Source: Rickettsiales bacterium
Lineage (GTDB): Bacteria > Pseudomonadota > Alphaproteobacteria > Rickettsiales > JABCZZ01
Direction: 5' to 3'
Assembly: GCA_035765535.1 (NCBI GenBank)
Contig: DASTXE010000005.1
Location: forward strand, 137,171-201,170
Length of the DNA stretch: 64,000 nucleotides
The stretch's first letter is position 1, and every line of letters begins with the position of its first letter. Under the pieces are notes generated by a model. It was not told the origin of the DNA and ran no database searches. It worked only from the letters and a program-made list of their open reading frames with translations. Below, in pieces: positions 8,792 to 19,964 of this stretch. Both the position numbers and the translations under genes were made by a program.

Positions 8792-9870
8792 AGCTTTTCC
8801 TTTATCTTTCTGCGTATAGGTTCATTAATGGACACGGCGATGTTATCGCCCATCTTTCCGACCTTGCCGGTCGTGACTGTAACGCCGCTGCATTTCACCA
8901 TGACGTCGTCATCCGGTGAGCGCTCGAGCAGCAATGTGTTGCCAACCTGAAACTGGAGTACATCGCCAAGTGATATCTGTTTTTCATCCATCACCACTTC
9001 GATTTCAACCTCGGTCTGTCGCACTTCCTTGCTGAAGTGCTTTTCCCACATGACGTCCTGGCCGAATTTTTCGCCCATGAATATCTGCAGCAGCAGTTCC
9101 CGGATCGGTTCCAGCGTCGTATGCGGGAATAGCAATTCTATGCTTCCGCCGCGATCTTCCATGTCCACACGCAGGCGAACGAGCAAGGCCGGATTATTCG
9201 GCCTCGTAATGGTAGCAAAACGCGGCGTGGTTTCAAGCCTTTCGAACTGGAAGGTTACGGGACTGATCGGATCGAAGGCGCTGCTTAAATCGGCAAGGAT
9301 AATATCCGCCATGCGCTTCAGGATATCCTGCTCGATGGTCGTATAGGGACGGCCTTCAATCCTAATGGGGCGTGCAGCGCGGCGGCCGCCGAGCAGCACA
9401 TCCACCGTCGAATAAATCTGCGAGCTGTCGATCGTAAGAATGCCGAAGTTTTCCCATTCCACGGCACGGAATACTACCAGCAATGCTGGCAGGGGAATGG
9501 AATTCAGATAATCCTCAAAGCGCAGGGATGTGATAGAAATGAGGGTGACTTCCACGGAATCCGAGGTGAAGTTATGCAGGCTGGAGGCGAGCATGCGTAC
9601 AAGCCGGTCGAACACCACTTCGAGCATCGGCATCTTTTCGTAGCCGGAAAGCGCCTTGTCCAGAATAGCGAAGATGCCGGAAGTTTTGTCGGTTTCTTCT
9701 TTTGCGTCGAACCCGAGGAGAAGGTCGATTTCATCCTGGTTCAGCACGCGCGGAGGGGCTTCGGAGGAGCCTTTGTCATCCCCGGCGGCGGTGCCATCTT
9801 CGGCAGCCATCATTTTTTCCCATTCGGCTGCTGCGGCTTCGTCGTCGGTGGGTTTGTTCTCTTCTGCCAT
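8788..9870 (-). CDS. fliM: flagellar motor switch protein FliM
   Basis: The N-terminal LNQDEIDLLLGF matches the CheY-P binding peptide. Length is 360 aa, with a C-terminal SpoA-like segment. Confidence 0.8.
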   Translation of the reverse strand: MAEENKPTDDEAAAAEWEKMMAAEDGTAAGDDKGSSEAPPRVLNQDEIDLLLGFDAKEETDKTSGIFAILDKALSGYEKMPMLEVVFDRLVRMLASSLHNFTSDSVEVTLISITSLRFEDYLNSIPLPALLVVFRAVEWENFGILTIDSSQIYSTVDVLLGGRRAARPIRIEGRPYTTIEQDILKRMADIILADLSSAFDPISPVTFQFERLETTPRFATITRPNNPALLVRLRVDMEDRGGSIELLFPHTTLEPIRELLLQIFMGEKFGQDVMWEKHFSKEVRQTEVEIEVVMDEKQISLGDVLQFQVGNTLLLERSPDDDVMVKCSGVTVTTGKVGKMGDNIAVSINEPIRRKIKEKL

Positions 9871-9960
9871 AAACGAACGCTAAGCTAAGAATATTATGAT
9901 ATGTTTATACATCCCGGCGTTGCTTTTGTATAGGCTAAAGCGCATGGACGCAATGCGGTT

Positions 9961-11298
9961 TTATGAACCTGCGACTGTCATGCCACCAATACGTACGGTC
10001 GGTGCATTCGTGCCATAGCGGAAGACCAGATCATTGGCCGGGGTCAGTTCACGGAACATATCCGCCAGTTTTCCGGCAATCGTCACCTCGCTTACCGCAT
10101 AGGATCTGCGGCCGTTTTCGATGAAGAAGCCGGATGCGCCCTGGCTATAATCGCCTGTGACTAGGTTGACGCCCATGCCAAAGACTTCCGTTACATAAAA
10201 TCCACTTTTGATGTCGCTTATCAAAGCTTCCGGTGTCTGTGTGCCGGGGGCGAGATATAGATTAGTGCTGGAGGGCGAGGGAGGCGAAGACAGGCTGCGG
10301 CTCGCGCGTCCGGTGGTTTTCAGTCCCAGTTTGTTAGCCGATCGCATGTCCAGCAGCCAGGTTTGCAATACGCCGTTTTCCACCAGCGAGAGCTTTTTAG
10401 CGGCAACGCCTTCGCCGTCGAACGGCTTGGAGGCGAGGCCACGCAGGCGTTGCGGTTCGTCGATGATGTTTATGGAGGGGCCGAATACCTGTTTGCCGAG
10501 GCTTTCTTTCAGGAAGCTGGTGCCACGGGCGATTGAGCTTCCGTTGATGGCTCCTGCAAAAGCGCCAATCAGGCCCTTGGAAACGCGCGGGTCGAATACT
10601 ACCGGCATAACACCGGTTGGTATCTTGCGGGCTCCAAGCCTTGCAAGCGCCCGATGGGCGGCATTCTTACCAAGCGCTTCTGCGTCTTCCAGATCGGTGA
10701 CAAAGCAGGCGGAGGAAAAATCATAATCCCGTTCAATAGCGCCGTCGCTACCGGCGAGAACGGAGACGGATACGGAGGCATGGCTTGCTTTATAGCTGCC
10801 TGCAAAGCCGTTGCTGGTAGCCAGGCAGAAGGTTACGGAGCCATAGGAGGCGTCGGCACCTTCGGAATTGGTGATACCTTCAACAGCAAGTGCGCTGTCT
10901 TCGGCTTTAGCACATTGTTCCTGCAGCCATTGCGGTGTCGGTTCGTTCTTATCATATAGATCCAGCTCGGGAATATTTTTGGCGAGCAATTCTTCGGGGG
11001 CAAGACCTGCATATTCGTCGGCCGGAGAAAGCTTGGCCATGGCAAGGCTGCGTTCCACAAGTTCCTGCAGCGCCTGACGTCCGGTATCAGAGGAGGAAAC
11101 GGTTGCGCTGCGCTTGCCGACAAAAACGCGCAGGCCGATGCCACTGCTTTCCGAGCGTTCCAGCCCTTCCGGATTGCCCATGCGGCGCGATGCCGAGAGT
11201 GAAGTGGATTGGTAAAACAATGCGTCGGCTGCGTCTGCGCCTGCTTTTTTAGCTGTGGTTACCAGATCGTGTGCAAGGTTCTGAGCATCATTGTCCAT
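9961..11298 (-). CDS. pmbA: TldD/PmbA-family metalloprotease (PmbA/TldE-like)
   Basis: 445 aa. AKKAGADAADALFYQSTSLSASRRMG...GIGLRVFVGKR is typical of the PmbA N-terminus. Confidence 0.8.
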   Translation of the reverse strand: MDNDAQNLAHDLVTTAKKAGADAADALFYQSTSLSASRRMGNPEGLERSESSGIGLRVFVGKRSATVSSSDTGRQALQELVERSLAMAKLSPADEYAGLAPEELLAKNIPELDLYDKNEPTPQWLQEQCAKAEDSALAVEGITNSEGADASYGSVTFCLATSNGFAGSYKASHASVSVSVLAGSDGAIERDYDFSSACFVTDLEDAEALGKNAAHRALARLGARKIPTGVMPVVFDPRVSKGLIGAFAGAINGSSIARGTSFLKESLGKQVFGPSINIIDEPQRLRGLASKPFDGEGVAAKKLSLVENGVLQTWLLDMRSANKLGLKTTGRASRSLSSPPSPSSTNLYLAPGTQTPEALISDIKSGFYVTEVFGMGVNLVTGDYSQGASGFFIENGRRSYAVSEVTIAGKLADMFRELTPANDLVFRYGTNAPTVRIGGMTVAGS

Positions 11299-12548
11299 CA
11301 GTTTACTACCTCTCCTGTCATGCCTTCCGTATTCGCGGCGGTTATGCGTACCTGTATCAAATCACCGCTTGCGAGTGGTTTGTCAAGTATTACGGGGGCA
11401 AAATGATCGGTGCGTGCGAGCGTGCTGTTTTCCACAATCGCATGAGTCGTATGGCCGATCCAGGAGGAGTAAAATTTATTCAGCTGTTCTTCCCCTTTGC
11501 CGCGCAGGCGGGCAGCGCGCTCCTTGCGGAGTTCCTTGGCAACCTGCGGCATGCGGGCGGCGGGAGTGCCGCTGCGGGCGGAGTAGGGGAATACATGAAG
11601 GTAGGTGAGGCCTGCTTCCTCGACGATATTAAGAGTATTGAGAAACATTTCCTCAGTCTCTGTGGGGAAGCCAGCGATGATATCCGCGCCGAAAACCACG
11701 TCCGGGCGTAAATCACGCACGCGGGCACAAAAATCAATGGCATCCTTGCGGCTATGGCGGCGTTTCATGCGCTTGAGGATCATATCGTCCCCTGCCTGCA
11801 GGCTCACATGGATATGCGGCATCAGGCGCGGCTCTTCGGCCAGCAGGCGGAAAATATCATCATCGACTTCCACGGCGTCAATGGATGAGAGGCGCAGGCG
11901 CGGCAGTTCCGGTACGAGCGCGAGCAGGCGGCGCATCATCTGGCCGAGTGTTGGTTCCCCCGGAAGGTCTTTGCCGTAATCACTGATATCCACACCTGTG
12001 AGTACGATTTCTTTATAACCGCTTTCGACCAGTGCGCGCGTCTGCTGCACGATTTCGCCTATGGGAACCGAACGACTGTTGCCACGGCCGTAAGGAATAA
12101 TGCAGAATGTGCAGCGGTGATTGCAGCCGTTTTGCACTTGCACGAAGGCGCGCGCTCTGCCGTCAAAGCTCGTGACCATGTGTGAGGCGGTTTCCTTGAC
12201 GGACATGATATCATTGACGCGAATCTTCTCACTCTGCGGAGTGAAATCGAAATAGCTTTTCTCGGAGAGTTTTTCCTCGTTTCCCAGAACATGATCGATT
12301 TCGCCCATCTCAGCGTAAGTTTCCGGTTTGATCTGAGCGGAACATCCCGTGACAATGATCTTCGCATCCGGGTTTTCCTTGCGTGCGCGGCGAATAGCTT
12401 GCCTTGCCTGGCGTTCGGCTTCCGCCGTTACTGCGCAGGTGTTGAAGATAATCGTATTCTGCAGGCCTGCTTTCTGCGCGTTGGCGCGCATGACCTCGCT
12501 TTCATAGGTGTTCAGGCGGCAGCCGAAGGTGACGATTTCTACACTCAT
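11298..12548 (-). CDS. mtaB: tRNA t6A37 methylthiotransferase MtaB (radical SAM)
   Basis: MSVEIVTFGCRLNTYES (UPF0004 domain) and the radical-SAM motif CNHRCTFCIIP. Confidence 0.8.
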   Translation of the reverse strand: MSVEIVTFGCRLNTYESEVMRANAQKAGLQNTIIFNTCAVTAEAERQARQAIRRARKENPDAKIIVTGCSAQIKPETYAEMGEIDHVLGNEEKLSEKSYFDFTPQSEKIRVNDIMSVKETASHMVTSFDGRARAFVQVQNGCNHRCTFCIIPYGRGNSRSVPIGEIVQQTRALVESGYKEIVLTGVDISDYGKDLPGEPTLGQMMRRLLALVPELPRLRLSSIDAVEVDDDIFRLLAEEPRLMPHIHVSLQAGDDMILKRMKRRHSRKDAIDFCARVRDLRPDVVFGADIIAGFPTETEEMFLNTLNIVEEAGLTYLHVFPYSARSGTPAARMPQVAKELRKERAARLRGKGEEQLNKFYSSWIGHTTHAIVENSTLARTDHFAPVILDKPLASGDLIQVRITAANTEGMTGEVVN

Positions 12549-13372
12549 AGAAGGTAATCACTGCTATTGAATGCGCCTTCGAAAGAGGTTTGCGCGGCGC
12601 CGGTCATATAGACCCGGTTGTCGGATTCGCGCCATTCAATACGCAAGGTTCCTCCGGGAAGATGAACATTAGCGGTATCGGCGCTTAAGCCACGACGGCG
12701 TGCGGCCACAAGCGTGGCGCAGGCTCCTGTGCCGCAGGCAAGCGTCAAGCCTGAGCCACGTTCCCAGACGCATAAATCAATTTCATCAGGTGCCAGAATT
12801 TTTGCAACTTCCACATTTGTGCGCTCTGGAAAGAGTTCATGATGCTCGAGCTTGCTCCCCAGTTGGGCCAACGGAACGAATGCGATAGCTTGTTCTACAA
12901 AGAATACCATATGGGGATTTCCCATGCTGACGGCAACCGGATCTTCGAGGATATCCAGTCGGATAGGCAAGTGCAGCGTGTCGCAAGCGCTTGCAAGCGG
13001 AATATCCTGCCATTCCAGTTGCGGCATTCCCATGTCGATAGTGATTTCAGACTGGCTTGCCACTTCGGCGGCCAGCAGGCCAGCTTTTGTCTCTATAGTG
13101 GCTGACAGCGCCTTTTTTTCGTTGGCAATCAGCCACGCCACGCAGCGTGTAGCGTTACCGCAGGCGCTGGATTCACTGCCGTCGGCATTCATGATGCGCA
13201 TGAAGATATCTGCCCGGGAGGAAGGCTCCAGTATGATGCCCTGATCGCAGCCGATGCCGAAATTGCGGTCAGCAATCCGTCCCCAGTCCAGAGCAGGCAA
13301 AGTAGCGGAGCGAGCGTCAATAATCACAAAATCATTGCCCGCGCCTTGCATTTTTATAAATGGAATCCTCAT
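12545..13372 (-). CDS. dapF: diaminopimelate epimerase
   Basis: FIKMQGAGNDFVIID plus two catalytic Cys contexts (SACGNATRC, LACGTGACA). Confidence 0.9.
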   Translation of the reverse strand: MRIPFIKMQGAGNDFVIIDARSATLPALDWGRIADRNFGIGCDQGIILEPSSRADIFMRIMNADGSESSACGNATRCVAWLIANEKKALSATIETKAGLLAAEVASQSEITIDMGMPQLEWQDIPLASACDTLHLPIRLDILEDPVAVSMGNPHMVFFVEQAIAFVPLAQLGSKLEHHELFPERTNVEVAKILAPDEIDLCVWERGSGLTLACGTGACATLVAARRRGLSADTANVHLPGGTLRIEWRESDNRVYMTGAAQTSFEGAFNSSDYLL

Positions 13373-13437
13373 ACTAAGCCAGCAGCTGCTATAGGTTAAT
13401 TGCGGCTACTCATACCTGAATTAAGGATTTCTGGCAA

Positions 13438-13905
13438 CTAGAACGGTATTTCGTCGTCCAGATCGGCGGATGCCATGGCTTTTTGCGGCGCGGCGTTCTG
13501 ATTGTTATTATTGTAACCGCCATTATGGTTGCCGCCTTCGCCATGCCCTGCGTTGCGATTGTCCAACATGGTGAGCGTGCTGCCGAATCCTTGCAGAACG
13601 ACTTCGGTCGAGTATTTTTCCTGTCCCGACTGGTCCGTCCATTTGCGGGTCTGCAGGGCGCCTTCAACGTAAATCTTGGAGCCTTTATGGAGGTAGTTCT
13701 TGATTACCCCGATCAACCCATCGTTGAATACGACGATGCGGTGCCATTCCGTTTTTTCACGGCGTTCTCCCGTATTACGGTCGCGCCAAGTTTCGGAGGT
13801 TGCCAGTGTAAGATTCGCTATTTCCTTGCCATCCTGCGTGCTGCGGATTTCGGGGTCACGGCCGAGATTGCCTACCAAAATCACCTTGTTTACGCTGCCT
13901 GCCAT
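13438..13905 (-). CDS. ssb: single-stranded DNA-binding protein
   Basis: [21 protein letters not shown] (OB fold), a Gly/Asn-rich linker and the canonical acidic tip DLDDEIPF. Confidence 0.95.
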   Translation of the reverse strand: MAGSVNKVILVGNLGRDPEIRSTQDGKEIANLTLATSETWRDRNTGERREKTEWHRIVVFNDGLIGVIKNYLHKGSKIYVEGALQTRKWTDQSGQEKYSTEVVLQGFGSTLTMLDNRNAGHGEGGNHNGGYNNNNQNAAPQKAMASADLDDEIPF

Positions 13906-14033
13906 AGTCTTATGCTCCTAAAAAAATCCAAAAAGAAACCATCTATACAACCCATGCTAAATGAAAAAATACTTATCTGCAAACGCATTTTTCTTTCGTA
14001 TATTTCACGATTTTTGGTAGTAATATTCGGGAT

Positions 14034-15788
14034 ATGAATAGCAATCTTACGAAACGTCTTGAATCTGCCGCCCGGGCGCTGGCAAAAAAACCAGCAATAA
14101 CAGTCAAGTTACGGGGTAACGATCATCCGGCGGACCTCAATGAGAGTGAAATCATTACGCTGCCTGGAGGTGGAGACCTTTCCGTATTGCGTGGGGAGGC
14201 CGATCTGGCGGCGCTTTCTCTGCGTTATCACAACCCGAAAGTGCATGCCAGCATGCGTCCATCGCTTGCCAATGCAGGCGTTATTTTTGATGCGCTGGAG
14301 CGTACGAGAATTGAGATTCTGGGGTCGCAACACTGGCAAGGGGTGCGCGCAAATCTGGCAAGCCGGTTAGAGACTCACTGCCGAATGGCGGATGTTTCCG
14401 ATGTGCTGGCACTTATGCTTCGGGAAAAAGTCCTTGGACTGAAACCGCCAGGCATGATGGCAGAGGCTGTTGCAGGTTGGAGCAAGCGTCTTGACGCGCG
14501 CGTGGGTAAATTGCTGGAGGCCCTGGCTCAGCATACGGGCAATCAGAAAGAATATGCAGCCACTGTTAATACTATATTGAAAGCGCTGGAGCTTGCCGGA
14601 AAGCAGGAAGGAAAATCCGAACCTACCCAGGACCAGAATGCCGAGCAGGATGCTGCGCCCTCTCAGGCGCCAACCCCGCAGGAGGAAAGTGAGGAAGAAT
14701 CAACCGGCGCGGAGAGTATTTCCAGCGCAGGGGCAGGGCAGGAAAGCTTCACCACCGCTTCCGCCAGCGCGGAGATGCCGCCTGATGACGCCCAGCAGGT
14801 GGAATATGACGCTCCGTCTTATCCCAGCAATGCGCTGCACCCGGATTTTTATTCCCTCATTAACGAAGGGTATCACCAATATACGACACAGTTTGATGAA
14901 ATTGTCGATGCGGATAAGCTTGCGACGCCTGAAGAGATCGTCCGCCTGCGCGGGCAGCTTGACCAGAAGCTCTCTGCTTTTCATAGTGTTACGAGCAAGT
15001 TAGCAGCAAGGCTTCAGCGGTTGCTGCTGGCCAAGCAGGCTCGTATTTTTGAATATGACCTGGATGAAGGGCTTATCGACGGAAAGAGACTCGCGAACCT
15101 GATTATTAATCCGGAATACCAACATATCTACAGACGCGAGAAAGAAACGGACTTCCGTGATACGATCGTGACGCTGCTGATCGATAATTCCGGCTCCATG
15201 CGCGGCAGGCCGATCACAGTAGCGGCGCTTTGCGCCGATATTCTTGCGCGTACGCTGGAACGCTGCGGTGTGAAGGTTGAGATTCTCGGCTTTACTACGC
15301 GGGACTGGAAAGGCGGGCAGAGCCGCAAGTCATGGCTGGAACATGAGCGTCCCATTAACCCGGGGCGGCTCAACGATCTGCGGCATATTATCTATAAAGC
15401 GGCCGATATGCGCTGGCAGAAAGCGCGGCGCAATATGGGCGTTATGCTCAAGGACGGGATTTTAAAGGAAAATATCGACGGGGAGGCAATTATCTGGGCA
15501 CACCAGCGGCTCATGGCCCGGCCTGAGCAGCGGCGCATTCTCATGGTGATTTCCGATGGCGCACCGGTGGATGACAGTACGCTTTCGTCCAACAATGGCA
15601 GCTACCTTGACCGGCATTTGTGGCAGGTGATCAACACGATTGAAGAAAGGTCGGATGTCGAATTACTTGCCATCGGCATAGGGCATGATGTAACACGCTA
15701 TTATAAACGTGCCGTTACCATCAGCGATGTCAGCCAATTAGGGGATGTCATGGCGAAGGAACTGGTAAGGCTTTTCATGGATGACTGA
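14034..15788 (+). CDS. cobT: CobT-like vWA-domain protein (cobaltochelatase CobT subunit family)
   Basis: 584 aa with an acidic low-complexity linker. The C-terminal vWA motif is [15 protein letters not shown], and [15 protein letters not shown] follows. No cobS is adjacent. Confidence 0.65.
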   Translation: MNSNLTKRLESAARALAKKPAITVKLRGNDHPADLNESEIITLPGGGDLSVLRGEADLAALSLRYHNPKVHASMRPSLANAGVIFDALERTRIEILGSQHWQGVRANLASRLETHCRMADVSDVLALMLREKVLGLKPPGMMAEAVAGWSKRLDARVGKLLEALAQHTGNQKEYAATVNTILKALELAGKQEGKSEPTQDQNAEQDAAPSQAPTPQEESEEESTGAESISSAGAGQESFTTASASAEMPPDDAQQVEYDAPSYPSNALHPDFYSLINEGYHQYTTQFDEIVDADKLATPEEIVRLRGQLDQKLSAFHSVTSKLAARLQRLLLAKQARIFEYDLDEGLIDGKRLANLIINPEYQHIYRREKETDFRDTIVTLLIDNSGSMRGRPITVAALCADILARTLERCGVKVEILGFTTRDWKGGQSRKSWLEHERPINPGRLNDLRHIIYKAADMRWQKARRNMGVMLKDGILKENIDGEAIIWAHQRLMARPEQRRILMVISDGAPVDDSTLSSNNGSYLDRHLWQVINTIEERSDVELLAIGIGHDVTRYYKRAVTISDVSQLGDVMAKELVRLFMDD

Positions 15789-15801
15789 GGACTGATTGTT
15801 G

Positions 15802-16755
15802 ATGAGCGATGAAAAGGCGGTTGACGCCTATACCGATTTTATTGAACCCTTCCTGATCGACCATTCGTCTATCCGCGGGCGTTTCGTGCGACTCAGCACA
15901 GTTCTGGATGACATATTAAATGCGCATCATTACCCGCTGGCCGTATCCATGCATCTGGCAGAGCAGATTGTGATTGCCTGCATGCTCTCGGCCACGCTTG
16001 TGAAGGATGGCATTCTGACCGTACAGGCCAAAGGTGATGGGCCGATTCGTTTCATGGTGGTGGATGTCCTGGCGGACGGTACTATACGCGGCTATGCACA
16101 GATGGACGAAGAAGAACTGAAGCGAATTATCGGCAAATCCAAGAAAAAGCAGGATATTGGTGTATTGCTGGGTAAAGGATACCTTGCGGTGACTTTGGAT
16201 GATGGGAAGTCCAAGGAGCGTTATCAGGGCATTGTTGAGCTGGTAGGGGAATCGCTGAGCGATGCGTTTAAAGGCTATTTTATGCAGTCGCAGCAGGGAG
16301 AGATTGCCCTTAATATTGCTGTGCAGCCCCCGGCAAAGCGGGGAGAAAGCTGGAAAGGCGGCGGTGTTATTGTCGAGCGGATGCCGATTGCCGGCGGCAA
16401 GCAGGTGGAGCTGGATATCGACGAGCAGAATGAGATATGGGAGCGCACAAAGCTCTTCATGCAGACGCTGAAGCCGAAGGAAATGCTCGACCGGCGCATT
16501 ACGCCGCAGAATCTGCTGTACCGTCTTTTCAATGAAGACGGAGTGTGGGTCTATAAAGTGCAGCCGCTCAAGGCCGGTTGCCGCTGTTCACGCAAACGTA
16601 TCCGCGAGGTGCTAAAAACCATTCCTAAACAGGATCTTATTGATTCTTTGGATACGGAAGGTAAAATGTCCGTCAATTGTCAGTTCTGTAATAAGACGGA
16701 AGTGTTTAAGCGCGAAGATATCAATAGGCTATATCGTACAACAACGAGGAAGTAA
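15802..16755 (+). CDS. hslO: Hsp33-family redox-regulated chaperone
   Basis: C-terminal zinc centre CRCSRKR...CQFCN. The ATG at 15802 is preferred over the TTG at 15796. Confidence 0.85.
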   Translation: MSDEKAVDAYTDFIEPFLIDHSSIRGRFVRLSTVLDDILNAHHYPLAVSMHLAEQIVIACMLSATLVKDGILTVQAKGDGPIRFMVVDVLADGTIRGYAQMDEEELKRIIGKSKKKQDIGVLLGKGYLAVTLDDGKSKERYQGIVELVGESLSDAFKGYFMQSQQGEIALNIAVQPPAKRGESWKGGGVIVERMPIAGGKQVELDIDEQNEIWERTKLFMQTLKPKEMLDRRITPQNLLYRLFNEDGVWVYKVQPLKAGCRCSRKRIREVLKTIPKQDLIDSLDTEGKMSVNCQFCNKTEVFKREDINRLYRTTTRK

Positions 16756-16804
16756 TTTCTTTTAAGCTATTCTAACCGGCATTTAAGGGCAGAGCTGTAG
16801 GTTT

Positions 16805-19800
16805 ATGAACATATCCGCTCTTTTTATTCACCGGCCGGTTGCCACTACCCTGCTAGCGCTTGGCGTGGTGTTGAGCGGTATAGCGGCTTACTGGCTATTG
16901 CCGGTGGCTCCGCTGCCGCAGGTGGATTTTCCAACGATTAGCGTTCAGGTCAATCTGCCGGGGGCCGGGCCGGAAACGATGGCCTCCACCGTAGCCACCC
17001 CGCTGGAGCGCACGCTTGGGCGTATCTCCGGCATTACGGAGATGACCTCCATCAGCGCATTAGGTTCCACGAATATTATCGTCCAATTCGATTTGGACAG
17101 GAATATTGATGGCGCAGCGCGTGACGTGCAGGCGGCCATTAATGCGGCGCGTGCCATGCTGCCAAGCGGTCTGCCGAAGAATCCGGTTTATCGCAAGGTC
17201 AACCCGGCCGATTCCCCCATCATGATTGTCACGCTCACCTCCCAGACGATGACGCAGGGGGAGCTTTATGATGCGGCATCCACCGTTTTAGCTCAGAAAA
17301 TCTCGCAGGCCGATGGCGTGGGGCAGGTGACTGTGGGGGGCAGCGCACTTCCGGCCGTACGTGTGGAACTGAATCCCGATGCGTTAAGTAAGTATGGTAT
17401 CGCTCTTGAGAAGGTCCGCACAGCCATTGCTGCCGCCAATGTTAACCGTCCCAAAGGCGCATTGGAATCGCAGGATAAACGCTGGCAGATTTATACCAAC
17501 GATCAGGCAAGCCGCGCCAAGGATTATCTTCCCGTGATCATTTCTTACCATAATGGCGCTCCGGTGCGGATTGCCGATGTCGGAACGGTTACGGATTCCG
17601 TACAGGATATTCACAATGCAGGCCGCTCGAACGGTAAAACCGCTATTGTGCTGATTATCTTCAAGCAGCCGGGTGCAAACATCATCAAAACGATTGAGAA
17701 TGTGAAAGCCATGTTACCGGGGCTTCAGGCTTCGGTTCCCAGCGCGGTGGACATGAAAGTAACCATGGAGCGCACTGCGACGATCAAGGCAGCCCTGCAT
17801 GATGTGGAGCTGAACCTGCTGATCTCCGTTGCGCTTGTTATCATGGTCGTGCTGATGTTCCTGCGCAAGCTTTCTTCCACGGCCATTCCCAGCGTGGCAG
17901 TGCCCGTTTCCCTGATCGGAACATTCGGAATCATGTATCTGTGCGGTTACAGCCTGGATAATCTCTCACTGATGGCTATTACCATCTCAACAGGCTTTGT
18001 GGTGGACGATGCCATAGTAGTGCTGGAAAATATCTCCCGTCATGTGGAGGAAGGTGTCCCTCCTATGCAGGCGGCCTTACAAGGGGCGAAAGAAGTCAGC
18101 TTTACCGTGCTTTCCATGAGCATTTCACTGATTGCGGTGTTTCTGCCTATCCTGCTGATGGGAGGAATTATCGGCCGTTTGTTCCGCGAATTTGCTGTCA
18201 CGCTTTCGGCTGCCATCCTTGTCTCGCTTGTGGTTTCACTGACGCTTACGCCGATGATGTGCGCGCGCATCATCAGAAAAGATGAAGAAGGGCGCAGGCA
18301 TGGGCGGCTTTATTATTGGTGCGAGCATGCGTTCGATTATCTGCATTCGCATTACAAGACTACACTTGATTGGGCGCTGCGCCACTGCCGTTTTATCCTG
18401 TTGCTGCTGTTTGCTACCATTGTATTGAATATCTATCTTTATGTTATCGTTCCCAAGAGCTTTATGCCGCAGCAGGATAGTGGGCGCATTATCGGCTCCA
18501 TACAGGCAGACCAGAGCATCTCCTTCATTGCCATGGAAAAGAAATTCAAGGATCTCATGGCCATCATCATGCAGGATCCGGCGGTAGATAATGTCGTGGG
18601 AATTGTGGGTGGAGGGCAGCAGAGCAATAATGCCCGTATGTTTATATCGCTAAAACCCCTTGCCGAGCGCAAGATTTCCGCAGAGCAATTTATCGCTCGC
18701 GTGCGCGGTAAGTTGAACCGTGTAGCGGGGGCCAAGCTTTATTTACGTTCCTCGCAGGATGTAAGAATGGGGGGAAGGGCCAGCAATGCGGAATACCAGT
18801 ATACTCTTCAGTCGGACAATCTGGAGGACTTACGTAACTGGTCGGATAAGATTTATAAGGGGATGCAAGAAATTCCCATTCTGACGGATGTGAATACGGA
18901 CCAGCAGGAGAGGGGCGTACGCACTTATGTTACCTATGATCGCGATACGATCTACCGACTCGGCCTTACTCCCGCCATTATCGATTCCACGCTGAACGAT
19001 GCGTTCGGTCAGCGGCAGGTTTCCACCATCTATAATCCGCTGAACCAATATCACGTAGTGATGGAAGTCGCGCCGCAATACTCCCAGAGTGCCGATGCGC
19101 TTAAAAAACTCTATGTCGTTTCTTCTTCAGGAGCAGTAATTCCATTTTCTTCTTTCTGCACCGTGAAGGAGGCTCCGACAGCGCTTTCGGTCAATCATCA
19201 GGGGCAGTTCGCTGCCGTGACACTCTCGTTTAACCTGCCCCTTGGCGTTTCGCTTAGCCAGGCTTCGGACGCAATCGAGAAACTGTTCGTCCAGTTGCAT
19301 GTGCCTTCCTCTATCCATGGCAGTTTCCAGGGCACGGCAAAAGTGTTCAAGGAGTCTTTCAGCACGCAAAACATGCTGATTATTGCGGCGCTGCTTACGA
19401 TTTATATCGTGCTGGGCATGTTGTATGAAAGCTATATCCATCCGCTTACAATCCTTTCTACCTTGCCTTCTGCCGGCGTAGGAGCGATTCTTGCGCTGAT
19501 GCTGTTTGGGATTGATTTCACACTGATTGCGTTTATCGGGGTCATATTGCTGATCGGCATCGTGAAAAAGAATGCGATTATGATGATCGACTTCGCCATC
19601 GATGTGGAACGTACGGAAGGTATTTCTTCCCGGGAGGCAATCTTCAAAGCCTGCGATTTGCGTTTTCGCCCTATCATGATGACGACCATGGCGGCGCTGC
19701 TTGGCGCGTTACCGCTGGCGATCGGCAACGGAGAAGGGGCAGAGTTGCGGCAGCCCCTTGGTATCTCCATTGTCGGCGGGCTTATGGTAAGCCAGGTACT

Positions 19801-19930
19801 GACGCTTTATACAACACCGGTCGTCTATCTTTATCTGGATTCACTTTCACTTTGGTGGAAGAAGAAATTCGGCCGCGGCAATATCGAGCCGAATTACCCT
19901 TCGCATTACCATTTGAGCGCAGATAATTAA
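16805..19930 (+). CDS. RND efflux transporter permease (AcrB/MdtC family)
   Basis: 1041 aa. [17 protein letters not shown] opening, 12-TM pattern with two large periplasmic loops. Confidence 0.9.
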   Translation: MNISALFIHRPVATTLLALGVVLSGIAAYWLLPVAPLPQVDFPTISVQVNLPGAGPETMASTVATPLERTLGRISGITEMTSISALGSTNIIVQFDLDRNIDGAARDVQAAINAARAMLPSGLPKNPVYRKVNPADSPIMIVTLTSQTMTQGELYDAASTVLAQKISQADGVGQVTVGGSALPAVRVELNPDALSKYGIALEKVRTAIAAANVNRPKGALESQDKRWQIYTNDQASRAKDYLPVIISYHNGAPVRIADVGTVTDSVQDIHNAGRSNGKTAIVLIIFKQPGANIIKTIENVKAMLPGLQASVPSAVDMKVTMERTATIKAALHDVELNLLISVALVIMVVLMFLRKLSSTAIPSVAVPVSLIGTFGIMYLCGYSLDNLSLMAITISTGFVVDDAIVVLENISRHVEEGVPPMQAALQGAKEVSFTVLSMSISLIAVFLPILLMGGIIGRLFREFAVTLSAAILVSLVVSLTLTPMMCARIIRKDEEGRRHGRLYYWCEHAFDYLHSHYKTTLDWALRHCRFILLLLFATIVLNIYLYVIVPKSFMPQQDSGRIIGSIQADQSISFIAMEKKFKDLMAIIMQDPAVDNVVGIVGGGQQSNNARMFISLKPLAERKISAEQFIARVRGKLNRVAGAKLYLRSSQDVRMGGRASNAEYQYTLQSDNLEDLRNWSDKIYKGMQEIPILTDVNTDQQERGVRTYVTYDRDTIYRLGLTPAIIDSTLNDAFGQRQVSTIYNPLNQYHVVMEVAPQYSQSADALKKLYVVSSSGAVIPFSSFCTVKEAPTALSVNHQGQFAAVTLSFNLPLGVSLSQASDAIEKLFVQLHVPSSIHGSFQGTAKVFKESFSTQNMLIIAALLTIYIVLGMLYESYIHPLTILSTLPSAGVGAILALMLFGIDFTLIAFIGVILLIGIVKKNAIMMIDFAIDVERTEGISSREAIFKACDLRFRPIMMTTMAALLGALPLAIGNGEGAELRQPLGISIVGGLMVSQVLTLYTTPVVYLYLDSLSLWWKKKFGRGNIEPNYPSHYHLSADN

Positions 19931-19964
19931 CTATGCTATCGTATAACGATTGGATGGAACTGAA

